Shown here: piece after piece, positions 49,201-63,361 of the stretch
How the letters are laid out: the number at the start of each line of letters is the position of its first letter
How positions within the stretch are numbered: position 1 is the stretch's first letter
DNA from: Lytechinus pictus
Lineage: Eukaryota
Direction of reading: 5' to 3'
DNA: 64,000 nt
Assembly: GCF_037042905.1 (NCBI RefSeq)
Contig: NC_087245.1
Span: forward strand, 35,528,001 to 35,592,000
Translations under genes and position numbers: made by a program
Notes under the pieces: model-generated
Database searches by the model: none
Seen by the model: only the letters and a program-made list of their open reading frames with translations
What the model was told of the DNA's origin: nothing

Positions 49201-51417
49201 GATGTCAATTATCTGAAACCAAGGAAAATGGTAATTGGGTTAAATGGCATTGGACCAAGTCCAAGTGGTTAGTAGACAAACTAAGATTAGGCCATAATGG
49301 ATGTAGTCTTTAAACAAGACCCTGTGTCTGTTGTGATATTTATATCACATACCTACCGACTGGAAAAAAGACATTTTGCAAAAAGCCGAGTGAGTGCGAG
49401 GATTTCTAACTCAGTCACAGGGCCTTTAGGAATCTGACTTGGATTACTTATGTTAACCATTGTTTCCGAATCCGAATCGTTACCTGAGAGGTAGTGGCCA
49501 ATCAGCGAGCGTATTGCTCGCATCAGTGAACCCTCAATGACCCTGTGCCGCAGAAGCGAACAAACCCAGTCCCATGACGTCATAGATACCGACGGTGCGG
49601 ATTGGCGCATCGGCATGCTCATGAATAATTCATATATTCACGTCTTCACCAGAATCAAAAAGGCCTCGCAACATTACCCCTCACTCTCGCGCTCACTCGG
49701 GTATCGCCAATTCTCATTGTCTGCCGCTATTCTCGTCTCAGTCATCGCGCTTGACGAGGAATGGAGCCAAGTTGCAAGGCCTTGTCAAAAGGCTGTATTG
49801 GATGAGACAAGCAGGTAAATACCGAGTGGCAATAATCAAGTGAAACAGTTTGAGTTGTTTCTATGAGATATTTCAACTGGGGTTTCATTCAAAGGCCATG
49901 ATAATGGCTATAACAATATTTGGGTTGGTTGGTCATGGGCTTACACGATGGAAAAAAAAAGGATAGGCCTACAAAGTTCATGGTACTGACAGCAAGAGGA
50001 AATATTTGACTTGAGCTCCTTGCTGATAAAGGGATATTATTAGACTACTTAGGTGATAACACAATATTCAAGTGGTCATTAAGGTGGGAAAATAATGGTA
50101 CATGCAAAAATATCTCGAGGTGGAAACAACATGTACAGTATTTCCTTTTCTCTCAAAAAGTTTATCGTAAGAATATGCAGAGCTCTGATACAACTAAAAA
50201 GGGGTACTCCAGGCTGAAAACAATGACTAGAATAGATGGAGTATTACAAGACAAAACAAAACACTAACAAGTTCATCAAAATATCAGACTAGGGATAAGA
50301 AAGATTAACATTTAAAGCTTTCCTTTATTTTGGTGAAATTAATAGTTACCACTCATGTCTTCATTAATGTAATGAGCAAGCTGATGATGTCATTCCTCCC
50401 TTATTCTTTTGTATTTAATCGTATGAAATTATATTCGTTCAAATTATGTCCACCAATAATGAAAAAAGATGGATTAATGTAGGTGGATATCTATTTTTTT
50501 GTTTTGTCACAAGGGAGGCATATTATATAGACACACAGAAGAAAATATTGAATAATTATGATTCCATGTGATATCATAAGAGGAAAGTGGGGACATGACA
50601 TCATCAGCCCACCTAATGAATATTCATGACGGCAAGCATATAACTGTTTCACATAATATTGTTTAACTTTGAAATTCAATAACTTCTTAATTTATCAAAT
50701 TTTGATGAACTTTTCAGCATTTTGCTCAATGAATTTTACTCTAATTATTTAGGTATAATTGGTTTCAATCCGCAGTGAGAGAATGGAATAACTTTATTAC
50801 TTGCTTCTGATGGGGGGGCGGGGGCCTTTTTATGTACCAGTATCATTCAATAAAAAACATTAGTAAATTTTAGACAAAATAAAATTCTTAAAATTCTAAA
50901 ACACAAAAATATCCTTAACCCCTGAAGGTAAAGGGGGGGGGGGGGGTGGTCTTAACATGGAGCTGTGCAATATGGGGTTAATGAAGTCTACATGTAACTA
51001 TTAAAGCAAATAGTAGGCGGTGCTGCACCAGCCCGAGTTTTCTCAATCTTGAGATTTCAGCTCGATCAGCCCTCTTTGCGATTAATCTTGAGTTTCAAGA
51101 AACCCCATCTCCACCAGGGCAAGAAGAGCAATTCTGGGGCGGGGGGGGAGGGGGTGCCAGTCAAATATATTGCTGTACATAAGCGTGACCAAAAAAAGCA
51201 TTTAAAGGGGTGTTTTTTTCAGTATTGGACGCGGGCCGCGTGTGATAAAGGGTATCAAAAACACTGATTTTCATAAAAGGGGTAGTTTTTAAAGACTGGT
51301 TCACCAATATGCACAGGCAATGCCTAAGAGCACCGCAGAGACAAAGTAGGCGCAGTTCATTTGATCAGGAGCCTGGGCAATCGAGGAATGCGTGTTTAAT
51401 TAAAAATTTGTACTAAT

Positions 51418-53708
51418 GGGCATTTTCACCACAGATGGACACAGAGGCAAAAAAATCAAGTTGATATTCATGTCAAATGCTTTATGTTTTTTAATAAAAC
51501 AAGACCTGAAGTTTCTGAGACAAATTTTTTTTCCGACTCTGGCAGCCATGTTTTATTTCAAAATGGCTGCCAAAGTATGGATACTAATTAGTGTTGAAAA
51601 TACTATATTGATACATATTTTGCTTTGACAGATTTTTAAAGAACAGGTTTGATCATGATGTTTTTGCCTGTGATTTAGCTTGCTATTATAACACTTTTTA
51701 AAATCCCACAGAAAGAAACACCAGTAATTCATTCATCTGATAAAAAAACATTGATGAAGTATGTGATATGGTATGTAATGTCAGTTACCGAAAACATGAA
51801 CTTTTTTTTCTCATTTCCTGGAAAAGAGGATATATTATATGAAACTTGGTAGATTTCCTCTCTAGGTAACACCCCTCCCTTCTACACCAAAATTAAAGAT
51901 TACCAATTAACAATGAAGCCATAGGGTACCATTAATGTATGTAATGTCAGTTACCAAATGGAAAATGTAATGTCAGTTACCGAGATGTAATGTCAGTTAC
52001 CATGATAAAACGTTGGTTACCAATATTGAAATGCAAATATGTGGTAAATTTTATGGTGAAGAAATATTGTATACTTGTTATTTAAGTCTTTCACTTTAAA
52101 AGTCACACCAGAAGGAGCTTGCTATTGACTTTTAAAAGGATTAGTTCACAAGGGATACTATATGAAATTATGAAGGAAGTTGCATTCCCATCATGCAAAA
52201 AAAATTACTATGAAATTGTTTTGTATCAGACAATTTTTTGTTTGGTTTGCGGGGGGGGGGGGGGGGTAAGGGGTATTTTCCCCAACCTATTGCCTAAATC
52301 TGCAACATTTTTTAAGCTTAACATTGTGATGAAGGGGATTTCCAGGGTCCCTTTTTTAGTTTCTAGGATTCTTTTGAGCATTGCCTCGCTAAAAGTAAAT
52401 TCCTGGTTTTTATACCTGTTAGTAGTGTGGATGTGTGATACAATTTTGTTTTTGGTTTACAAGTATAGATGAAAAGTGAAATTTGACAGTTCTGATCAAT
52501 GTTGCATGGATCTACTAAAACTGTGGGTTTTTAGTCAAATTTACAAATAGTTCAGTTTCAGTTTAGAAGCTGGAGTTTATTTTTTGTTGACAGCTTATAA
52601 AAGAAATTAGCAAAGAAAATGATTAAACAAATTATGAAGAGAATTGAAATCCGACAGATATGAACAAGCATTGCTTGCACTGACCAGAATAGAAATCAAT
52701 AAAACTACATGGCTGCATGAGATTCGGGGGAGGGGTACATGTAGCCTAGGGGAGGAGACCCTTATTCATTTTGCCTTTTTTGAGGGGAGGGGGAGGTTGG
52801 AGAAGGAAAAGGTTTAAAAAGTCAATATAAAACTGATGAATATATTATGGGTGTATAATCAGAAAAATCCATGTGTACAGTCAATGCAATATTAAATTAC
52901 TATAGGAAAACATGTAGCTGCTATGACCCCAACCCCCCCCCCCCCCCCGAGTAAGTAAAACATACATTTCTTATCTTTGGATAATTAAAAATGTGAAGTA
53001 TTATGAAACTTTTATGATTTTAAAAAGCCTTACATATAAGAACCAAGAAAATTATGCCTTTGAAAATCATATAGCACTGGTAAATGTTAATGTGTATTGT
53101 CAGTAATGATAAAAATGTTCAAATCAAAGAAAGGAATTAAGAAAAAGAAAAAGTTTTTTCATTGACATGTTCCTAAAAACTCGGGTATACTTCCACATCA
53201 AGCTCACTTTCATGTGAAGCCCTGCACAGAAGATACAATGCAATGATTCCACACATTTGACTTCCATGTGTTATCTCTATGGCAAATTAAGTGTAATGTC
53301 AGTTACCGTAATGTCAGTTACCAGCATGGTTGTGGAAAAATTATCATAGTCCCCAAAAGACAAAAACGAATTGTTTAATATTTTGACACATCTTAACCTA
53401 GTAACGGAGGTATATTTACATATTCAAATGATTACTCTATCTACTCAGAGACATGAGATATTTCAATTTTAATGAACACCCTGAAATTGCATGTCCTTTT
53501 GCGTAATGTCAGTTACCGACACATTTTTGCTTGCTGATGCATAAAAAAATGTGGTTACATAGGAAAACTTAGTATCGGAATATACAGCAAGGTTCACTTT
53601 ATTAACTCTATCAAAAGCAAACTCCCATCATTTGTTGTTTTAGAGATACACACAATGAAAGGTGTGAAAACATTGTGCCGTGTAATGTCAGTTACCGTGA
53701 AAATGCCC
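51418..53708. mobile_element. Non-autonomous TIR element, Sola-like (4-bp TSD)
   Basis: 12-bp TIR GGGCATTTTCAC / GTGAAAATGCCC; TSD TAAT (51414-51417, 53709-53712); eight copies of GTAATGTCAGTTACC. Confidence 0.7.
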
Positions 53709-55759
53709 TAATACGATTCTAAAGACAATTGAGAACAAACATGGAGGCCTTTGGCACATTTGTTTACCACAACGTAATATCTCTCCTGAAGCAGCCTCTC
53801 ATTAAATGCTTACCACAGGGGTAATAGTAGGTAGAAGTAGAATCATGATTACGGTACACATCAATCATAATAGGCACTTGGTTGAACTTTTGAACGTGAT
53901 CTCATGTTCCTGAAAGATGAAAACTGATAGGGAACATCGACCGCAAACAGGGTGATCTCATAATAGTTGTAATTTCCTCCGCGAGGCCATTCACATCTAG
54001 CCATCTTTTGATAGACCAGAAAGAACACGCAGACAGAGGGGAAAGAAAAATGTTATCTGGCAGAGGCTTTTGACTCCTTGTCCCTCCTTGTGTGCCGGAT
54101 AAATGCAGAGAGGATGATGATTGTTCATCAGATGTGATCAAATGTGAATGCATTTCTACGTTCCCTACAACAAATACTTGAAGAAAATATTTTGGTGTGT
54201 CTATCCCTTTTCATACCCATCACTAATAAATTTCAATGCAAATTGTTTAATCTAAAAAGCATTCTTCATGCACTTCTCCTACATGTAGGCTACATGAACA
54301 TGTACATGTAGGCCTACATGGTTGTGTATTTAAAAAAAAAATTAAAAATTTTTTTTTCTTCAAATTAATCAAGAATAAATCAGTTATTCAGTGCAGCAGG
54401 GAACTTGAAATATACAGAGGGCCCTGATTTTTTCTCCCTTTTAAAAAAAAGAGAATCCCTGAAAGTCTAATCTGTAGGGTCCAATGTGAACCCTGGCATA
54501 CGATAATGGCTAGGAAACTCAAAAAGTGTCCCTGGAAACAAAATCATTATTCTTCCATCTTTCATGAATACATTAATAACACATTGAAATGTAGAAAGGC
54601 CAAATAAATAAATAAAGATACATGAAATCTACTAGATTGAAGAGCGCCAACTTAACTCCAACACCAACCAACCAACCATATATAGCAATGTAGGCCTGTG
54701 AGTATGCTTTGATATTCAGATCAGCAATTTGAAGGCACAAATCCTCATTGAATATTGGATAGTATATTCACGAACTTGTACCAGGGGAATTAAAGAACTG
54801 TGGAGCTCAAGTGCAACGGAAAATGCATATTGGCTACCTACTGTAATAGTGACCAACCAAACACTGGACTTTGATTTGATTTTAAATAAAGCTTTAAAAG
54901 ATATAAATTCAAATCATTGGAGATTTGAAAAACAAATCCAGACTTTGGCTTGTAGATCCCCAGACCAGTACAAAACCCCTACCATAACCAGGAACTCCAG
55001 TGAGAAACATCCTCTACCCATAAATCCTCTAGAACGTTGAGTGCACCTCATAAATTACATTTCTTAATAAATGTGTCCTCACATAAGCTCCTTTTTAGAA
55101 TGATCCTCCTTTGACTACCTGTCTAAGAGTTTCAGAATATCAATCAAATTTGTATCTATAGACAAACTGGTGAATAGAAAGGCGGCCTCCTCAGAGAATC
55201 ATTCATGAGGTTCCACCTCCTCACCAGTTTTTATTTTAAAATCATCAAGTGTGAAGATCCTATTCCCAAGCTTTTAGAAGTATGAAGATGAATCAGAGAA
55301 GGTTTAGTCTACAACACACTGAGCCTTTTGCTCAGGTTATCGAAAATGAAATAGGTTAAATGGTGGTACAGAACAAATTTTGCACATCATTGTGTCGGTG
55401 CAAAAACATCCTTGCATCATGCACCTACGAATGCTGCTAAGATTGTTTTTGCGCACATACATGTACAATGTGCGAAAGTGTGGTGTTAAGGGCGTTCTTG
55501 CACCGACACAACATATGATGGAGTGACCATACATGTAAGTTGTGCACATTAAAAAAATTATCATGAAGTTGATATTCAATCAGGGTAAAATGAAATAAGA
55601 AAAGCAATATGCAAAAATACAAATTACATTGAAATCAGAATAAAAGAATGAGCAAAAAGTGGCTTATAATTGAACCTGATTCTATGCTCATATTAATTGA
55701 TAATTCACTTAATACACATGGAATATTCCTCATATTAGCAAAGAGCAAAAAACTTTGGA

Positions 55760-56100
55760 GGCAGCGTAGCTCAGTCGGTTAGAGCTTATGTTTCAGATAA
55801 GATCGTAGATCTCAACGTGAGGGGTTCGAGTCCCGCTCATGCCGAAACGCGTCTAACAAAAAGTCTGATGCTATAGCGTTGTGTGTTAGCGTGCCTCACC
55901 ACTGTATTCAGTGCAGGTGTGAATGCAGTTGGAAAACACTCCGTCCATCGGAAAGGACGCAAATGTTGGTCCCGTGTATAGGAGAGTCACAACCTATGCA
56001 CGTTAAAACCAATACACTATTCGTCAAAGAGTAGGGTTTCCACCCGGTGTATTGCACCTGCCGCGGTCGCGGCAAAATTCAGGTCAAGTCAATCTTGACG
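55760..56100 (+). mobile_element. tRNA-derived SINE, possibly with a Nin-type core
   Basis: A box TAGCTCAGTCGG, B box GGTTCGAGTCC; downstream GGTCCCGTGT...TGCACGTTAAAA...AAGAGTAGGG resembles the Nin domain (recognised from memory). Confidence 0.65.
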
Positions 56101-57730
56101 TTCATATGCCATAATAATCAATGTAATGATTGTGGGCATTAATGGAAAGAAGACAAGATATTATGCACTATACAAACATTTATCTTTTTTGTGGTCAAAT
56201 TTCAATGATATCGGTGCCTAGTATCAAGCCCATTGTCATTGCATCGTGCCTCCTGGAGAATTCTAATGAATGAATTCAAGTAATGGATGATTAAGAGCAT
56301 TCATTGATTGTGGCATAAAGTCACAGAGGGCTGCACATGGTAATGACTTACAGCTGAACTTGAAAATCTGTAAAATATACAATATGAACAGCTATTCTCT
56401 GGATGACCCAAGGTCCTTTTTTATTGATGGATTTTTCAAAAGAACTGCTGGTGGAAGCGATGCAAAGCCAATCATGTGTGACTATATCTCATGATGTGAG
56501 AGAGACAATGTGATAAGATTGCGCACAAGGTCACGCTATACAAGAAAATACAGTAGGGGAGTAATATTTGAACAAGTTTACATATAGGCATACATGTTGG
56601 CAGGCTTTTAATAATTAGGGCAAGACATCTTTTTCTCTACATTACAAATTAGGAAAAAAAAGGGCACAAAAATATCCAAGGCAAGCAGAAGGGGATTTAG
56701 AGGCCAATTATTAGGGCGCTTGGATTAATGAAAGACATTGATAGATCTCATCTAGGTCTATACATAATCATTTAATCTTTGATTGCTGAGTTAAGATTGG
56801 CTATTAATTAGAACATAGCCAATAGATGCAAATTTATATTCACCTAGTCTACAAGCAGATGGTCCTCCTATGCACAATGGTAGGAAATAATCTACATAGT
56901 TGCACAGCTGAATTTCATCAAATCTTTTTTTTAACTTTATTTAAATTGATTATGCTAAAAATCAATTTATTGTGTGAATTAGAATTTGGCTATAAATCAG
57001 AAATCTAAAGTAGTCTTTTAAACTTCAGTTTCAGCAAATCTTTGTGGGATGTTGATAAAATGCACATAAAAAAAATGTGGTGCCATTTTTTTTCGTATTT
57101 TTAAAAATAAATATTTTGCATTGTTTTTCTTGGACGAAACTGTTGACAATACTTTTTCAATCAAGAAATGGTTTTGATCAGTAAAACTATAATGATATAG
57201 GTTTGAATTCTAGCTAGACACATAATTTGCATTTGTACATGAAATCACGTTTTGAGCAATTTGGGTCTGACATGTGTTATTACGGAAGCACTTAGCAAAT
57301 GTTGTCTTGAAAGTTTTGTGAGACTACTGGGGGAAAAAAAAGTCACGAAGCAAACCTTTTGCATTACCGATTTATCGTGAAAAATGTTTGATAGGGCTCT
57401 CAGTTAAAGGGGATTATCTATCTTTTAAGAAGATGAATAAAAACAGTTCAATGCATGGGATTCCTTAAATTAATGGTGTTAAACTTTACTTTAAAAGCAC
57501 ATTTGGGGGAGTTCAGACAGCAAGCAAGAAAATTCTCTGCAAAATTCATCGATGCAAATTACATAATAAAATAAAAATTGTATTTCAGTTCTCCAAAAAT
57601 AGAATTTTATTTAAAAAAAAAAACATTCATGTAGGTTACATGTAGTCCTAAACAAAATTTGTACATACTCATTCAACGATATGAGGTGCTTTAAGACCCA
57701 CTTGATCACCCAAATACCCATATCTTTAAA

Positions 57731-58137
57731 GGCCACCGCACACCTTACGACTGTTCGCGATCCGATTTTGGAACAAATCGCATTTTGCTTATTTTCTGAA
57801 AATGTGAATGGGACATATCATTTTATTTGAGGTTGAAATCAATTGAAAGAATACTAATATAACCATTTTGAAAGATTGCAAGCTTTTATTTTTGAGTAAA
57901 GGCCAAATTAGTTTCAAATCGTAGTCAATCGTACGACTGCTATGACGTCATTACGACTAGATATTGAATTCGCTTTTATTCTAAGGAGGATGATAGCATA
58001 GTCACAGATTTGAACATTCGTACGATGATTTAAAACATTACACAGTAAGATATTCCAAGTCTCAATATTAGCATCAAATTCTACTACATTTTATTCTGAA
58101 ATCGAGTCGCCGACCAGTCGTAAGGTGTGCGGTGGCC
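57731..58137. mobile_element. MITE sharing TIRs with 43049-43454
   Basis: GGCCACCGCACACCTTACGACTG / CAGTCGTAAGGTGTGCGGTGGCC; TAA/TTAA target. Confidence 0.85.
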
Positions 58138-58322
58138 TTAAGAGATATTCATAATATGGGTCAACCTGAATAAACAAGTCGAAGTTCATTTTATGGAAGT
58201 GCAATGCAGTATGAGTAGCAGATGAGATGCATGCTTTCAAAACCATATTAGCTCACTTGAGCAAACCAAATGGCCCACAGCACCCACATCAAACGTGAAA
58301 AAGTTCTTGTAATTTTATTTAA

Positions 58323-58917
58323 AGGGGAATCCAACCCAAATAAAAACTTGTTTTTATAAGGAAAAGAAAATTCAGACAAGTTGATAGGTGAAAGTTTGAA
58401 CAATATTGGACAAACAACAAGAAAGTTATACATTTTTAAAAGTTGTAAATATTGGTAATCACTATACCAATGGAGACTTCAAATTGGCCGCATAAGGGTT
58501 GACATAGTGATGTAAGGCAAGGACTACTCTTCCATGTACTCCAATACATATTATGGCTAAAATGTCATTTTCCCCAAAAGTTTTATTTCAAATTATATTT
58601 TTCTTTCACGAGGACATAAAACAATATACTATCTGGGTTATATTTAGATTACTGCCCCAGGGGAATGGGTACTTAGGAGAAAACCACAAATCCCTGATAA
58701 TAAAGTACATGGCCTATGGGAAAGTTGTCCTTGCCCCTTGTCATAATTTACTTACCCAGTTGCCAATTTGAAATCTACATACAATTAGTGATCTCAATTT
58801 TAAAGCAGCTATAACTTTCTTATTGCTTGACCGATTTCTTTCAAACTTTCACCATTCAGTTTAACTTACTTTTCTCCTTCCCAACACAACATTTTATGGC
58901 CAAGGCTGGATTCCCCT
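58323..58917. mobile_element. Kolobok-like MITE
   Basis: TTAA|AGGGGAATCCAACC ... GGCTGGATTCCCCT|TTAA. Confidence 0.85.
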
Positions 58918-59428
58918 TTAACACAACAATAACAGTGATCTTGGAACAATCCCTGCAAGAATTAACTGAATTTTTAATCTATAGAACCTAGTTCAACCTA
59001 CGGAAATAAATTAGCTGGCATCTTCTTTCAGGGATACCACAGGAAGTCTGCTTTCACATCCTGGGTAAAAATACATGTGAGAGTTCTGCAGGGTAAATTC
59101 CCTGATCAGAAAAAAGCAGATATATTCAGTTTTCAAGTGTGGCTGAAAGCAAAGTGCCATAGAGAGCAAACCAGCTACGCCCATTAGTGACTACGTACAA
59201 TATCACTCCCGCTATCTGATCTTATATTCATTCATTTTACCTTCTTTATTGAACAGATCTATATCTTTTTACCTCCTTAAATACTCCTGTACTTTCACAT
59301 CTGCCTAATAAGAAAAAATCCTTCTGTATGCCCAATGCTGTAATTTTGTGATAATATCCCCAAACGGATAAAAGGATCAAAGCTTTCGCATGACTTACCC
59401 TTGGCTGCTAGGATATATTCAGTTTTAA

Positions 59429-59993
59429 AGGACAAGTCCACCCCAACAAAAAGTTGATTTGAAAAAAGGAGAAATATCCAACAAGCAAAACACTGAAAAT
59501 TTCATCAAAATCGGTTGTAAAATAAGAAAGTTATGACATTTTAAAGTTTCGCTTAATTTCACTAAACAGATAAATGCACATCCTGGTCGGTATGCAAATT
59601 GGCAGACTGATAACGTCACCCACTCACTATGTTTTTTTGTATTTTATTATATGAAATATTCTAATTTTCTCCTCCTTTTCTCCCTGAACATGTGGAATTA
59701 CCATTATTGCAATAGTTTATGGTTAAGTTAAGTTGGTCCTTATTGTCAAATCTGTAAAAATTGAAATATTGTATTATTCAAACAAAAGAAATAGTGAGTG
59801 ATGGACATTATCGACTCTCTCATTTGCTTATCGCTGAGTTGTGTATTTAACTGTTTTGTGAAAAATAAGCGAAACTTTAAAATGTCATAACTTTCTTATT
59901 TTACATCCGATTTCGATGAAATTTGCAGCGTTATTTTTGTTTGATTTTTCTCTATCGATTCAAATCAACAATTTTCTGGGGTGGACTTGACCT
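59429..59993. mobile_element. Kolobok-like MITE (related fragments ~28285-28640 and ~50195-50775)
   Basis: TTAA|AGGACAAGTCCACCCC ... GGGGTGGACTTGACCT|TTAA. Confidence 0.85.
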
Positions 59994-60373
59994 TTAACTA
60001 TAAGCCGAAAGTGGACTGAAGCCGGCGTCGGAGGTGGCTTGACTTGTCAGTTGTGTGAATCATCCCCTTTTTTTTTTTAAAACAAGACTAATGCTGGCCG
60101 GACTGAGACGGCTTCAGTCCACTTTTGACGTGTGTGTACATCACCACTCAAATTGCAGGAGTGAAGTCAAGCGGCTTCACTAATGCCGGCCAGCATTGAA
60201 AGCGGCTTCAAACCCGACTCATGTACATGTATATCAGGGGCCTTTCATGTGAGCCAAGAAAACTACGCACAACCTTTGCCACAGGAATGAGAAAGACTCT
60301 TTGCAAGCTTATGCAATAAAAATTTTAATTTCATTTGGTTTTATGGAGGTTTGAATGCAAAAAAAGGAGATCT

Positions 60374-60524
60374 GGGGCCCCCGTTTCATAAAGTTTCATA
60401 ACTTTGCCATAATGGCAACTACCATGGTAACAGGGCTCAGCAGCCAATAAAAATCAAGGTTTCCATGGTAGTTGCCATTATGGCAAAGTTACAACAGTTG
60501 CAAGTCCCTTATGACAAGGGTCCC
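60374..60524. mobile_element. Short palindromic MITE (relatives near 13925-14085, 39185-39410, 46370-46485)
   Basis: TTTGCCATAATGGCAACTACCATGG ... CCATGGTAGTTGCCATTATGGCAAA inverted arms with GGGGCCC/GGGTCCC ends. Confidence 0.65.
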
Positions 60525-62724
60525 TGGTGGTTGTTTCATTTCACTTTACAAGCGACTGCTGATCCTTTCTTAGATCTGAGCTTTTAACGCCAAAGAAATT
60601 TTGGTGCACACAATTTACGAGAGAGAGGACCACCAGTTGTTCATTCAGTCACTCATAACTTATTTAGCAGCTTTATGAAACACCCACCTGGTATAGTGAG
60701 GTCTGAGCAAGTTAATATTTCCAGTCAGGCAGGTGTGAACATAACTCCTGATACAACCCAAGATGTTATCTTGTGGCCCTGTGACACTAACAATAGATGC
60801 TATTTGATCAAACCCAATAGTAGGCTTGTAGATGTAAATCGCCCATGCAAGGCATCAGTGAATCATACGCAAGGGTAGTCTACAGTCAGTCTGATTAAAG
60901 GAGAGCTACATGTACACCCAGCTGAAATGAATTATCTTAGTTGAAAGAAGAAAGAATGCTTCTTGAAGAGGTATAAGAATCAACCCTCTTTCTAGTTTAT
61001 AATCCACAAAATATTGGACAAATGAACAGAAAGTATTTCATCCTAACAAAAACTCTTTTTTCTTAAATAACCAAATAAAAAATTAAAAGGAAAAATAATA
61101 TTGGTACTGAACATTTCATTTAAAATCATCATCATCATCATCATCGTTGTACAGAAGAAGTAGGTTTGTACGCCTACATGTAAAATAAGCTGTTAATACA
61201 GCAGTTGGTCTAATACCACATGGGCAAATAATCAAATTCCTACTCTCGATTTGGTATAATTTCTATTTGGTCTAAAATCCAGTATAATTTTCATTTAGTC
61301 TAATCAAGGAGGTATTTAATACTTATAAAGTAAAATCTCCTTGGTTTGATGCCCAGATGGCCATATTTCCATTTTGCCTACTTATTATTTTGCACTGTTT
61401 ATCAAACAGTTTGTCTGTAGAATCACATACTGCACACTATGACATGGTGGTAGACCAATGGGTAGGTACAATTAACATGTAGCCTAACTGGAAGAAATAG
61501 GTGAAATCTTTTTCTTATAACATACAAATAGTGAGTGGGTGATACCATCAGTAACCTCATTTGCATTTTATAATTGTGCATGAGATAAATGTCAGTTGTG
61601 TTAAAAGTTTCAAAATGAGTTTGTATGGAATCCAATATTTAAAGGGCAATTCTATAGTGGATGTACATGTATCAAACTCAGGGTGAAATTTCTGAATTCA
61701 TGGGCTAAACCTAAACTGGATATTATTTGAGGGCTGAGACATTGAATTGTCCAGATTTGTGACTTTCAAAATATGTCAAGGTCACCACTTCCTAGTTTAT
61801 TGGGACATTTAAGATACTTTGTTTTTCTTTACACAAGGTGTATCTGACATTATTTTGTCAGTTTTCCTAGCATTGCTTCATGGATTTTTTTCTCTCTTTC
61901 AAATGGTAAAAGTATGTTATATTCAGCACTATCATTTAAATGCCATTATATATAGGCCCGAGTCATGTCAGATTTTTTTGTTCCAGAATCCGCCGGTGTT
62001 GCACTGGTTAGAATCTGGTATCCCGTTAAATGAATTCACGAACGGGGAAGTACAAAGAAGTCACAGATTATACAATATTGATTTCATTTTTAAACAAACA
62101 TTCATTAAAAAAAACGAGAAAAATATTATAAGCTAAGCTACGAGACGCATATAGAGTCTGCCTCCCTCTATATGCGTCTCTTAGCTTCGCAGCTCAAATT
62201 ATGAAAATTCATGTTAGGGCTATACATGAAGTTCGAAATCTGTGCAAATGCGAGACGATCCCGATCTATAGACTATAGGCCTAGTCCCATCATGAATATT
62301 CATAAATCGAGCTGCGATTTCTGCGCATGCGCAATTTGCGTTTGGGATGTTTTGGAATCGGCAGTGGAATTAATATGTGTGAGGAACCCGATACTGGCTC
62401 TAAATCACCAATTTTGAGACTAACCGGAGGATGGATATGGAGTGAAATTAAAATGAAAAGTAGGAAGATATTAAGTTTTTATTCTTTTTAAAAATTGTGT
62501 TGGTGCATAAGTTTTATATTTCCCCCCATAAAATCCCACTTTTGTCACTGTACTCGGAGTATCAGAGCGAGTTAACTACCTTGATGTAGGCTCCACTCCA
62601 CTACCGCTAGTGAAAAGGAGTGGAGCCTACACGAACATCACAAGTTATGGTACGGTACATCTACCATTATCAAACCCGAACATGCCAAATGTTTTTTTGT
62701 AGATCTACAGTACGGTACCGAGTA

Positions 62725-63361
62725 TGATGGGGTGTCCAAACTTCGCGCACTTTTCAAAAATATTCATCAGGCTTAATTTTGTTCACAAAATATTCATAAT
62801 TTATACAAAACCAATTCAAGAAAAAGTTACCACATTGACGGCAAGATCGCAAACTATAAAATCATGGACGAAAATGTAAAGTAGGTCAAGGGGTTTCGCC
62901 GGTATCGCGATCTCAAAATTCTATTCCAATCAGCGAATGCGGCTGTGCTGGAAAACCGTTCAGAAAAAGTGTTACCTAACTTCGCGCACCAAAGCTTTTG
63001 TGGAGATTTAAACAAAAAATCAAGCTCAAAAAGTGAAATATTTATCTCAGATTGATGGCAAAATGCTATGGAATCGGTTAGTACCACATTTAACTCACAT
63101 TTTTGATGATTTCTGCTTGCAAAATGGTGATATCGTGATGCTTGTTGATTTCTTCAAAACGGGCGCTAGCGGTGACAAATTTGCCGATCTTTTGCCAATA
63201 TTTTCATGAATACTGAACTCATCCTAAAGAAATTTTCATTATAGGGCAATTTTAGATCGCTTTTCACGTTGATGATGTCAGATTTTAATGATATTGGCTA
63301 GTTTTTTAGATAATGACCATCCGCGAAGTATGGACACGCGCGAAGTTTGGACACACTGCCA
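62725..63361. mobile_element. Non-autonomous TIR element, TA target (Tc1/mariner-like)
   Basis: GTGTCCAAACTTCGCGC near the left end and GCGCGAAGTTTGGACAC near the right end; TA on both flanks. Confidence 0.6.

Noticed and set aside
53902..55330. Possible coding or decayed LINE sequence
   Set aside because: Short ORFs with no recognisable motif or consistent splice sites; cannot be supported without a search.
55760..55845. tRNA gene (also 34892-34945 and ~7730-7775)
   Set aside because: A/B boxes present but no clean cloverleaf, and each runs into SINE body sequence.
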